Shown: piece after piece, positions 54,299 to 62,626 of the stretch
How positions within the stretch are numbered: position 1 is the first letter of the stretch
Layout: each line of letters begins with the position of its first letter
Source of the DNA: a virus
Taxonomy: Duplodnaviria; Caudoviricetes
Virus record (IMG/VR): IMGVR_UViG_3300025018_000003
Coordinates: 26,707 to 90,706 of that record
Reading direction: 5' to 3' (one strand)
Length of the DNA: 64,000 nucleotides
Translations under genes and position numbers: made by a program
The notes under the pieces: generated by a model
The model's input: only the letters and a program-made list of their open reading frames with translations
What the model was told of the DNA's origin: nothing
The model's database searches: none

Positions 54299-55326
54299 AA
54301 CCTCAATCCAAAATCATCGCGGCTCCTGGGGCGACCGTTCTGATTCCCCTCTTCCGCAGCGAGAAGGACTCCGCTCCAGTGGGGTTCGTTAAGCTGTCGG
54401 ACCTCTCCACCGTGGACTCGGCCTACGACACCTCGGACTTCGCCACCGATCTGGAGGCAGCCATCCAGGCCCAGGGAATCGACCCTGCATCTGACCTGGG
54501 TGTTGCCGTAGCCAACCTAGTCGGGGCCCTGACGACTCCCGTGGTTGTCACGGCAGCAGAGGCCCAGGAAACCCTTGCTTGGGATGAGTCCAACTACATG
54601 ACCACGCTGGTGGATGCTGTTGGGCATGTCATCCGGGCAGCCACCTCTGGCGTCTACATCGATCAGGCCACCATCGGAGACAGCGGCTTCCGCGTCAAGA
54701 GCTACGCCCACGAAGTCGACTTCGACAATGGGGACATCTTCAATACCGTGCTTACAGGAGCCATCGAGGCAGGATGTCTGCTGCTCGGTGTCTCCCTGAC
54801 GGTGGACCGGGATCTGATCTCCGACCAGTTGATCACGGTCTCCGGCACCAACGGCAACCTCGTACTGACCATCGATGGCGTCGACTACACAGAGGCCTTC
54901 GACACCAGTGCGACGGTGACGGTCCAGAACTTCCTGACCACCCACGGAGCCGCTCTTCTTGCTGCTGGAATCATTGCCGTCGAGGAATCTGCTGCGGTCA
55001 TCAAGATCTCGTCCAATACGCTGGTGGCTATCTCCGACGCCAACTCCACCGGGGACATGGCGGGTGTGGTGACAGTGAACGCGAGCTTTGATCTCGGTCT
55101 GGGCTCCGGAGATGTGGACGCCTTTGGTGCAGCCATCGCTCTGACAGCTGGTGTTCTGGGTGCAGGTGAAGTCGTCAGCATCGAGGATACAACCCTCACC
55201 AGCCCGCTGTACTTCACGGCGGCAGACGACATCGCTCTTGCTGGAGACGTCACCACCTTCGGTGGCGGCAAAGTCACGGTGACTGTCGTGATGCTGGACG
55301 TCAGATTCGGCACCATGAACCCGTAA
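54295..55326 (+). CDS. Virion structural protein carrying the shared module
   Basis: Module at about 54832-55062. Confidence 0.75.
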   Translation: MKPQSKIIAAPGATVLIPLFRSEKDSAPVGFVKLSDLSTVDSAYDTSDFATDLEAAIQAQGIDPASDLGVAVANLVGALTTPVVVTAAEAQETLAWDESNYMTTLVDAVGHVIRAATSGVYIDQATIGDSGFRVKSYAHEVDFDNGDIFNTVLTGAIEAGCLLLGVSLTVDRDLISDQLITVSGTNGNLVLTIDGVDYTEAFDTSATVTVQNFLTTHGAALLAAGIIAVEESAAVIKISSNTLVAISDANSTGDMAGVVTVNASFDLGLGSGDVDAFGAAIALTAGVLGAGEVVSIEDTTLTSPLYFTAADDIALAGDVTTFGGGKVTVTVVMLDVRFGTMNP

Positions 55327-55345
55327 CCTTGAACCAGGGCCTCTC

Positions 55346-56404
55346 ATGATCTACAGAACCATCTCTGCTGGCAAGGTTATCGCCAAGATCTACCGGGACC
55401 TCGGCAACACCATTCAGATAGCTGACTGGGAGCAGGATGCTTTTGAGTGGGTCGGGGAGGCCCTGGAGCACATCGGTGCCGGTGTCCAGCTGACCAAGAA
55501 GAACGACGTGCTGGAGATCTCCTCATTCAAGGCGATCCTACCCAGCGATCTGGTCCAACTCATCGACGTCTTCTACGCTCCTTCGGTGACTACTGACACG
55601 GTGACCGGGCAGAGCTTCGAATGCACGGTCTCCGGGGACAACCTTTCGGCACCGCCGCTGGACAACATCGTCACCCTCGTAATCAACGGGACCTCGTACT
55701 CCGAGATCCTGGATACGGACAACGCCACCACAGCTGCGAACTGGGTGACCACCCACGGAGCCACCCTGTTGGCTCTGGGCATCACAGCCACCTCCGTCGG
55801 AGACGTCATCACACTGGAGGTCGAAGATCCTCTGGCCGACGCTACCGTGGTGGACGGCTCCCAGATCATGAATGTGATGGTTGTCGAGACCGCGGCTGTC
55901 ACAGGTATCCCGGATGCAGTGAAGTACCCGCTCAACAGGAGTGGGGCATCCATCCATGCAGGGGTCCACACGCAGATCCGCGGCGAGAGCCCGGGCTTCG
56001 TGGGAGAGTCCTACGTGCTGAACCCTGACTACATCCACGTCAGCTACGAGACCGGCTACATCTCCATCTCCTACCTGGGATTCCCTCTGGACGCCAACGG
56101 CTATCCGCTGGTGCCGGATGACATCTCGTACAAGGAGGCGATGTTCTGGTACATCCTCAAGAAGCTGATGATGCGTGGATGGGTTCATCCAGGCGGATTC
56201 AACTACCAGTTCGCGGAAGCCAACTGGCAGCGGTACTGCACGCAGGCCCGCAACGCAGCCAACATGCCGGACATTGGTCAGTACGACCAGTTCCTGCGGT
56301 CCTGGAGGCGTCTGGTGATGCCACCGACGTCGAGGGAGCAATTCTTCGATGAGGATGACTTGCGCAACCCGAACTGGAGCTACGGACTTAGCGAATACGA
56401 GTAA
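55346..56404 (+). CDS. Tail ring-type protein with inserted shared module
   Basis: WVGEALEHIG...LP.DL...Y.LNPDYI...GYPLVPD...EA.FWYI; insertion at about 55622-55875. Confidence 0.78.
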   Translation: MIYRTISAGKVIAKIYRDLGNTIQIADWEQDAFEWVGEALEHIGAGVQLTKKNDVLEISSFKAILPSDLVQLIDVFYAPSVTTDTVTGQSFECTVSGDNLSAPPLDNIVTLVINGTSYSEILDTDNATTAANWVTTHGATLLALGITATSVGDVITLEVEDPLADATVVDGSQIMNVMVVETAAVTGIPDAVKYPLNRSGASIHAGVHTQIRGESPGFVGESYVLNPDYIHVSYETGYISISYLGFPLDANGYPLVPDDISYKEAMFWYILKKLMMRGWVHPGGFNYQFAEANWQRYCTQARNAANMPDIGQYDQFLRSWRRLVMPPTSREQFFDEDDLRNPNWSYGLSEYE

Positions 56405-56410
56405 ACAACC

Positions 56411-56956
56411 ATGCCTGCAAACGGACCCCACATCGTTCCTCTGGTCTACGACAAGCTGCAGTACTTCAGCGACCAGGGCCGCATTCTGCAGTACCTGACC
56501 AGGGTCAACCGCGCTGACGGCAACACCAAACAGCTGATCCAGCGGATCTTCGACTTGGTGGACGGCAACACGACGGCCACGGTCCTTGGGTGGATCGAAG
56601 AGATGCTCTCAGAGGTTGCGTACAACCAGCAGCCGAAGATCTTCTACACCAACGAAGGCGAGGACTTCGTCATCGAGATCGATCTGGAGGCTGGCCGCGA
56701 CTTCACCGGGTACCTGCTGACGGCGCGTTTGGCAAGCGGACTCACCCTGATCTCTACCAACGACCAGGCTGGAGACAGCTACGACAACGCACCCACGCAG
56801 TACATCCAGATCCCGGACAACACCCTGACGGCAGGGACCTTCGTCAAGATCTACTGCAATCTGGAGCATCCTGACCTCTCCAACCTGGCGTCTGGAGACG
56901 TGGCCACGGTGCTGACCAAGGCCTACATTTACGTCGAACCCCTTGTTGATGCGTAG
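56411..56956 (+). CDS. Hypothetical structural protein
   Basis: ORF with acaacc-ATG leader. Confidence 0.7.
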   Translation: MPANGPHIVPLVYDKLQYFSDQGRILQYLTRVNRADGNTKQLIQRIFDLVDGNTTATVLGWIEEMLSEVAYNQQPKIFYTNEGEDFVIEIDLEAGRDFTGYLLTARLASGLTLISTNDQAGDSYDNAPTQYIQIPDNTLTAGTFVKIYCNLEHPDLSNLASGDVATVLTKAYIYVEPLVDA

Positions 56957-57801
56957 TGGCTACCAGATTCAGACAGATCACTGCTGCACGGCGACCCAGG
57001 TTTGTCAGATCTGCGAACTACCTTGAAGCAGAGATAGACATCCCTCGGGGCATGCGCGTTGAAAGCCTCCTCGTGGAGGCTGAGGCGTTGTATGCACCTG
57101 AGTACGGAGAAGTCGATCTGATGGCGGTGCTGAACCGCCTGGATGAGATCAGCACGTTCTACCTGGCCTCTCTGGTTCTGAACGCTCACACCATGGATCT
57201 GCTGACCCTGCAGACCGTGGCTTCGACGGTGTACCAGCCAACGTATGCGGTTACTCCGAATACGTTGAGCATTGCGGCGATGATGACCGAGGCTTCGTCG
57301 GTGTACACCCCGACGTACGAGGAGCCGGTGCTGATGACGGTACCGCTGGTCACGGAAGCAGAGACCCTGTACCTGGCCGCGGTCATCCAGTGGACGATCA
57401 ACTTCAACGAGTCTCCTGGCCTGATCACGGTTCCGGAAACAGTGTACACGCCGGTCTACGCGGCCTCTCCGGTACAGATGTCGCTGGATCTGCTGTCCAA
57501 TCCTGGCACACTGTATGCTCCCACTGTCGCTGAAGGGTTCAACCCGGAAACCAGTACTCCATACGACCTTATCATACAGGAGTGGCTGTCTGATTGGGGA
57601 GCGGAGTTCTACACTGGCAACAAGACCTTCACCGAAGTCACCACTGACTTCCTGGAAGTCTCTGGGGCCTACTCCATCGACACCACTGCAGCCAACGCCA
57701 CAACCACTGAGAGAAGGCTTCAGGGAAAGGACCCGCAGGTGGATCCTGCCTGGACAGAAGCCAACCCAGATCCTCCTGTTCTTGTGACCTGGACCCCATA
57801 G
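56956..57801 (+). CDS. Structural protein with about six ~22-aa (T/A)(V/L)YxPx(Y/V) repeats
   Basis: ALYAPEY, TVYQPTY, SVYTPTY, TLYLAAV, TVYTPVY, TLYAPTV. Confidence 0.75.
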   Translation: MATRFRQITAARRPRFVRSANYLEAEIDIPRGMRVESLLVEAEALYAPEYGEVDLMAVLNRLDEISTFYLASLVLNAHTMDLLTLQTVASTVYQPTYAVTPNTLSIAAMMTEASSVYTPTYEEPVLMTVPLVTEAETLYLAAVIQWTINFNESPGLITVPETVYTPVYAASPVQMSLDLLSNPGTLYAPTVAEGFNPETSTPYDLIIQEWLSDWGAEFYTGNKTFTEVTTDFLEVSGAYSIDTTAANATTTERRLQGKDPQVDPAWTEANPDPPVLVTWTP

Positions 57802-57804
57802 GAC

Positions 57805-58911
57805 ATGTTTTACACCAACGTCGGTTCACCCAACAAGCTGTCGCTCAACGACACCTACCATGACGCCGCAATCAGGCTCGTGGGATGGATCACTGGTGCT
57901 GCCAGTTCTCCGTGGGCGGAGGTAACCGGGTCTGCTCCTACCCCGACCTGGCTGCAGCCCTACGCCTCCACTGCGGTCTCAGGCTACAGTTCTGCGACGT
58001 ACAATGGGCCATCGTGGCACACCACGATGTATCTGACCACGGACCCAGGTCTCCTGGCGGGCACTCCTCACTGTGTACTGGTCAAGTTCGTCGTCGGGTA
58101 CCAGGGGCTCGGCATGATGATCATTGATACTGCGGTTGGTGATCCAGACAACGTGGCAGATTGGAACCTGCACTACGCGTACTACGATCTTGCAAACAAC
58201 AGCACCTCTTCGTATGGCTACGATGAGGTTCAGGGAAAACTTCTTTCCTGGTCTTCTGGCTCTATTCTCGCCCCTGTCGCAGACGTCAACAAGATCGAGA
58301 TCAACATCTGGATCTGGGATGAGTGTTTTGCGATCCTCTGCAAAGATACCGGCAACACCTCCTATGATTACCACGGAGGAGGTGTTTTTTGCTGGCACCC
58401 TGCAGTATCCGGAGTGATTGGAGCTGCTCGCAGTGACGCCCCGCACATCTGGCTTGTGAGCGGTGGATACCAAAATTCAAGAGACACCTATATCACTGAA
58501 GGCCATGTAGTAGTGCAGATTCCGTCTGATGGAGGTCCTTCTGGTCGAGGCACCATCAACACACAGGTAAGTGGCGGTTTCAACGTCAACAAGATGGGTT
58601 GGTCTCCTGAACTCGGCCTTCACATTGAGACAGAAGCCGTGGATGTCAATGGGGACAACACCATCCAGCGACTGAACTTCATTTTTGGACCATCTGGTGA
58701 CAGTGCGTTCTCAATCGGCTGTTTCCTAAGTGGTCCATGGGATGAAGGACCTCGGTGCATCCGACGTGGACTGCTCTCGACCAACACCTATCTCGACACC
58801 CCTTACGTCATCGATGGAGTCACGTACACCCTGGCCAAGGACGCCTTGGTTACCACTGTGCCAGGATACGATTGTCTCTGGATCCTCCCTCACTCTGACT
58901 TAACGGTCTAA
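57805..58911 (+). CDS. Tail-fibre-like protein A1 (paralog of 58915)
   Basis: Shares SPWAEVTGSAPTP.WLQPYA.TAV and SGPW.EG.R with the next gene. Confidence 0.75.
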   Translation: MFYTNVGSPNKLSLNDTYHDAAIRLVGWITGAASSPWAEVTGSAPTPTWLQPYASTAVSGYSSATYNGPSWHTTMYLTTDPGLLAGTPHCVLVKFVVGYQGLGMMIIDTAVGDPDNVADWNLHYAYYDLANNSTSSYGYDEVQGKLLSWSSGSILAPVADVNKIEINIWIWDECFAILCKDTGNTSYDYHGGGVFCWHPAVSGVIGAARSDAPHIWLVSGGYQNSRDTYITEGHVVVQIPSDGGPSGRGTINTQVSGGFNVNKMGWSPELGLHIETEAVDVNGDNTIQRLNFIFGPSGDSAFSIGCFLSGPWDEGPRCIRRGLLSTNTYLDTPYVIDGVTYTLAKDALVTTVPGYDCLWILPHSDLTV

Positions 58912-58914
58912 CCC

Positions 58915-60276
58915 ATGTTCTACGAAGACTTCAGCACCCGTGGTACTCTCATCTCAGTAGGAGACACCTACCATGATGTGGCCTTGGCGATCAAGGACGC
59001 CCTTGTTGGAATCCCTGGTTCTCCATGGGCAGAGGTCACTGGAAGCGCTCCGACCCCAGTGTGGTTGCAGCCCTATGCTACCACGGCGGTTGCAGGACGC
59101 GACAGTTCTACGGCAGCTTATAATGGCTGGGATGTACACGCCACCATGTACATGACGACGGATGCTGGTCACAAGACCAAGACCATCACCGTGGCTGGCA
59201 GCGCAGGTACCCTGATCATCGACATCGATGGCACCGACTACTCCCAGGCATTCAACACCTCGGCTGCCCAGACTGCTACCGATTGGCTCACCACGCACAC
59301 TGCCACGCTCGCTGCCTTGGGATCTCCCATTGTGGCTACCGCAGGAGGGTCTGCGGAGATCGTCCTGTACAAGGCCGCTGCAGAGCCCGTGTTGACTGAT
59401 GATTCTACGGGAGGCATGTCCTTTACTTGGTCGGCCAACTGCGTGTTGTTCAGGATCGTCATCGGCTATCATGGCGTCGTAGGTACGATCATTGACACCC
59501 ATCAGGGAAATCCGGTCACCACTGCAGAATGGTGCATTCTTGGTCGACCTTCGACCATATGGAATCCGGACACCAATAGCGGCACTTATTACGCAGCTGC
59601 AGACTCTCCTGACTTCCTGTTCAAGTACGACACCAACGAGTTGACTTGTCCAACAAGCGGAAACTTCCGATTCTACATCTGGATGTGGGACGAATTCTTC
59701 GCCATCATAACCACTTCTGCATCCAACTCCATCAACGGTCATGGTGGAGTCATGGTCTGGCATCCTGCAGAAAATGGTATTGAAGGTTTGAGCAGAGCCA
59801 GTTTCCCACATATCTGGGGTATGATGGCCAAGCACACTGTCTACCTGGGCAACAGCGTACCCTATGCTGAATCATTTCCAAGACTTCCATATTTCAACGA
59901 CTATGCTCGTGCAGCAGACTACCGCTGTGACATCAGTGGTATTGAGACAAGGTCTATTGAGTGGATCCCAGAGTTCGGATTCCTGACCTCTGGTCCTGGG
60001 GTGAATGGAAACATCTTCGTGCAGCGGGTGGCGTTCCACTCCGTCATCACCGTCAACGAGAATACGGACTACTCCTTCTACAGCGGGCCCTGGACAGAAG
60101 GAGTGCGCCTGATCGATCATAGTAGCGGGTACACCGAAGACCCGCTCTACGGAGCCCTGAAGAAGATCACCATTGGAGGAGTGAGCTACATCCAGTGCAA
60201 ATGTCTGTTCGACGGGGGTGGCTATGCCAGCAAAGATGCGGTATGGCTTCTTCCTCTATCTGACCTGACCCTCTAA
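58915..60276 (+). CDS. Tail-fibre-like protein A2 with inserted shared module
   Basis: Paralog of 57805; insertion at about 59185-59424. Confidence 0.75.
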   Translation: MFYEDFSTRGTLISVGDTYHDVALAIKDALVGIPGSPWAEVTGSAPTPVWLQPYATTAVAGRDSSTAAYNGWDVHATMYMTTDAGHKTKTITVAGSAGTLIIDIDGTDYSQAFNTSAAQTATDWLTTHTATLAALGSPIVATAGGSAEIVLYKAAAEPVLTDDSTGGMSFTWSANCVLFRIVIGYHGVVGTIIDTHQGNPVTTAEWCILGRPSTIWNPDTNSGTYYAAADSPDFLFKYDTNELTCPTSGNFRFYIWMWDEFFAIITTSASNSINGHGGVMVWHPAENGIEGLSRASFPHIWGMMAKHTVYLGNSVPYAESFPRLPYFNDYARAADYRCDISGIETRSIEWIPEFGFLTSGPGVNGNIFVQRVAFHSVITVNENTDYSFYSGPWTEGVRLIDHSSGYTEDPLYGALKKITIGGVSYIQCKCLFDGGGYASKDAVWLLPLSDLTL

Positions 60277-60968
60277 TGGCTGATTCCCACTACAAGAGCT
60301 ACACCATCAAGAAGGCTTCCGACGTCAAGAGCGTCGTCCGGAAGAGCTTCATCACCAGGGCTCAGTACGAGTTCGAGGGTGGGAACGCGGTTGTATCCGG
60401 CACACTGGTGCTGGAGAACATCATGGGGGAGGAGGACATCTTCCGCTATGATGACATGGAGCCCTCAGGTCGGGCAGACAACGCCCTGACTGGCAGGATC
60501 ATCTGGTCGTCTGGCGTCAAGGCCAACTCCAGGGTCTACTACTCCCCTGAGACCGCCACCCTGCACCTGGACTCAGGTCTGCAAGATGATCCAGTTGAAA
60601 CGGATGGGGTGGTCTACCACGAGATCTTCCTCTCTTCGCTGGACATCGACACCCTGTACGCCTTCCAGGTTGAGTCTTACGATGCCGACGGCAACAGTCT
60701 GCGCAGTGAGACCTACTGGTTCCACACACACGGGTCCATTGTTCTTGAAAACAGTGGCCTGGATATTGTGGTTGCTCTCCTGGTCGAGGTCATCGATCTT
60801 GCGAAGAACGTTGAGCAGGAGGTCCCCACAACTGTTGTTGCCCTTTCGTCGATCCTGTTCTCAGGAGATCTCTCCTCTGAGGTCGTTGTAGTTCAGGATA
60901 CCATCAACGTCGTAGAAACACTCACTCAGGATGAAGGCGAGTTCTTCACCGAAATCATCACCAGCTGA
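60276..60968 (+). CDS. Protein with FN3 / purple-acid-phosphatase-N-like domain
   Basis: IIWSS...NSRVYY...HEIFLSSL..DTLY.FQV.S.D..GN...S...F.T. Confidence 0.75.
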   Translation: MADSHYKSYTIKKASDVKSVVRKSFITRAQYEFEGGNAVVSGTLVLENIMGEEDIFRYDDMEPSGRADNALTGRIIWSSGVKANSRVYYSPETATLHLDSGLQDDPVETDGVVYHEIFLSSLDIDTLYAFQVESYDADGNSLRSETYWFHTHGSIVLENSGLDIVVALLVEVIDLAKNVEQEVPTTVVALSSILFSGDLSSEVVVVQDTINVVETLTQDEGEFFTEIITS

Positions 60969-60970
60969 CC

Positions 60971-62626
60971 ATGAATCCTCTTCAGATCAACCATAAGATC
61001 GCCATCGGAGAAGGTGATCTGGAACTCTACCACAGGGTCTCTATCGATGGCCACGTCGTCATCGAACAAAAAGGAGACTCGCTGGTCGGCAACTTCATGA
61101 AGCTGCTGTTCTCGTTCTGCGGTGGGATCCCTGCTCGCGGCGACATCTACGGCCACTACGACATCAACAATACCAACTACCACAACTGGTTTACTGGTGG
61201 TAGCATCACCAATGCGGTGTCTTCTGGTGCCAACACCATTCTGACCCTATCTGGAACAGCTTGGAGCACTTCAGAAGGAATCCAGGTCACTGGTATGATC
61301 GGTGACTGGGAGGCATGTAATGGGTTCTGGATCCCGGTTTCTTCTGGGCCTTCTACGGTAACCATTGCTGTCAACTCTGCTAGCTTCGGTGCCTTCTCTA
61401 CGGCCAACACTCCGTATGCGATCAAGAAGTGGCTGTCTGCAACCGCTGACTCCGAAAGATCAGAACAAAAAACCTTCGGCAGTCCGGTCATCAAGCTTGG
61501 CCGCAGTATAGATGCAATCGGTCTTGATGATCAGACTCTGGGTGACGAAGTCCTGAACGGGACAAGTCCTGGTCGTCTAGAGCATACTGATAACGTCATT
61601 GCCGTGCCTTCGTCTGATGGTAGCAACGTGGAACTGGCCATCTCTACCTCGGTGTCCAACAACTCAGGTGGAAGTATTGCTATCAAAGAAGCTGGTCTCT
61701 ACACATGGTTTACCGACTATCAGAGCGCGAACGATAACTGTTGGGTCCTGATCGCCAGAGATCTCTTCACCACGAACATCGCAGATGGAAAATCTGCATC
61801 CGTCGAATACAAAATTACTTCTGGGCTGAACGTGGAAGGTGGTCTCACGATGCAGTTTATGGAACTACTGCATCGACAGATATCTCTCTCGTCCACCTAC
61901 ATCACTGACATCAACAACACGGAAGACTTTGAACCCAACACTGGTGGAGCCTTCATGTTGGCCGGTGGATCTGGAGACAACATCCAGTACCCATCTTACA
62001 CTGGACTCTCCGGAGAGTGGGTAGGTGTCCAGATTGGTACCGGCAACACCGCGGTCACCACCGATGACTACAAAATGGAGACCAGGATCGCCCATGGTGA
62101 CGCCAGCATCCTCACAGTGACTGGTTCGTCTGGCAACTTGGTGATCAGTATCAACGCGGCGAACTACTCAGAGGCGTACTCGGCCAGCATCTCCACGACG
62201 ATAGCCAACTGGATCACCTCTCATGCAGCCACCCTCGCTGCACTTGGCACCCCGATCACCGCGATCCAGGGAGCAGGAGGTAACACCATCGAGCTGACTA
62301 GCAACGGTAGCGCTATCACTCTGGTCGACAACTCGACTGGCACCATGGCCTTCACGACGGTCAGGGAGATTCGGTACTACGGTCAGCTGGTAGAAAACTT
62401 CCAGTACGATACCGGAACTGGCCTGTCCAGCTTCGATGTTGTCCGGATCTTCGAGAACGTCTCAGGCGGGGATGTCATCATCAACGAGACCGGCCTCTAC
62501 GCCGCCAACCAGAACAGCTACGCAGACGGGGCCTACTGCATCGCCAGACACGTCCTTGCTGTACCTGTGACCGTCGCCACTGGAGAAATCCTCAAAGTCA
62601 CCTACACCTTTACTCTGCAGGTCTGA
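60971..62626 (+). CDS. Tail-collar/fibre-like protein B1 with two E.GLY repeats and the shared module
   Basis: NNSGGSIAIKEAGLY...IARD and NVSGGDVIINETGLY...IARH; module at about 62111-62353. Confidence 0.75.
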   Translation: MNPLQINHKIAIGEGDLELYHRVSIDGHVVIEQKGDSLVGNFMKLLFSFCGGIPARGDIYGHYDINNTNYHNWFTGGSITNAVSSGANTILTLSGTAWSTSEGIQVTGMIGDWEACNGFWIPVSSGPSTVTIAVNSASFGAFSTANTPYAIKKWLSATADSERSEQKTFGSPVIKLGRSIDAIGLDDQTLGDEVLNGTSPGRLEHTDNVIAVPSSDGSNVELAISTSVSNNSGGSIAIKEAGLYTWFTDYQSANDNCWVLIARDLFTTNIADGKSASVEYKITSGLNVEGGLTMQFMELLHRQISLSSTYITDINNTEDFEPNTGGAFMLAGGSGDNIQYPSYTGLSGEWVGVQIGTGNTAVTTDDYKMETRIAHGDASILTVTGSSGNLVISINAANYSEAYSASISTTIANWITSHAATLAALGTPITAIQGAGGNTIELTSNGSAITLVDNSTGTMAFTTVREIRYYGQLVENFQYDTGTGLSSFDVVRIFENVSGGDVIINETGLYAANQNSYADGAYCIARHVLAVPVTVATGEILKVTYTFTLQV

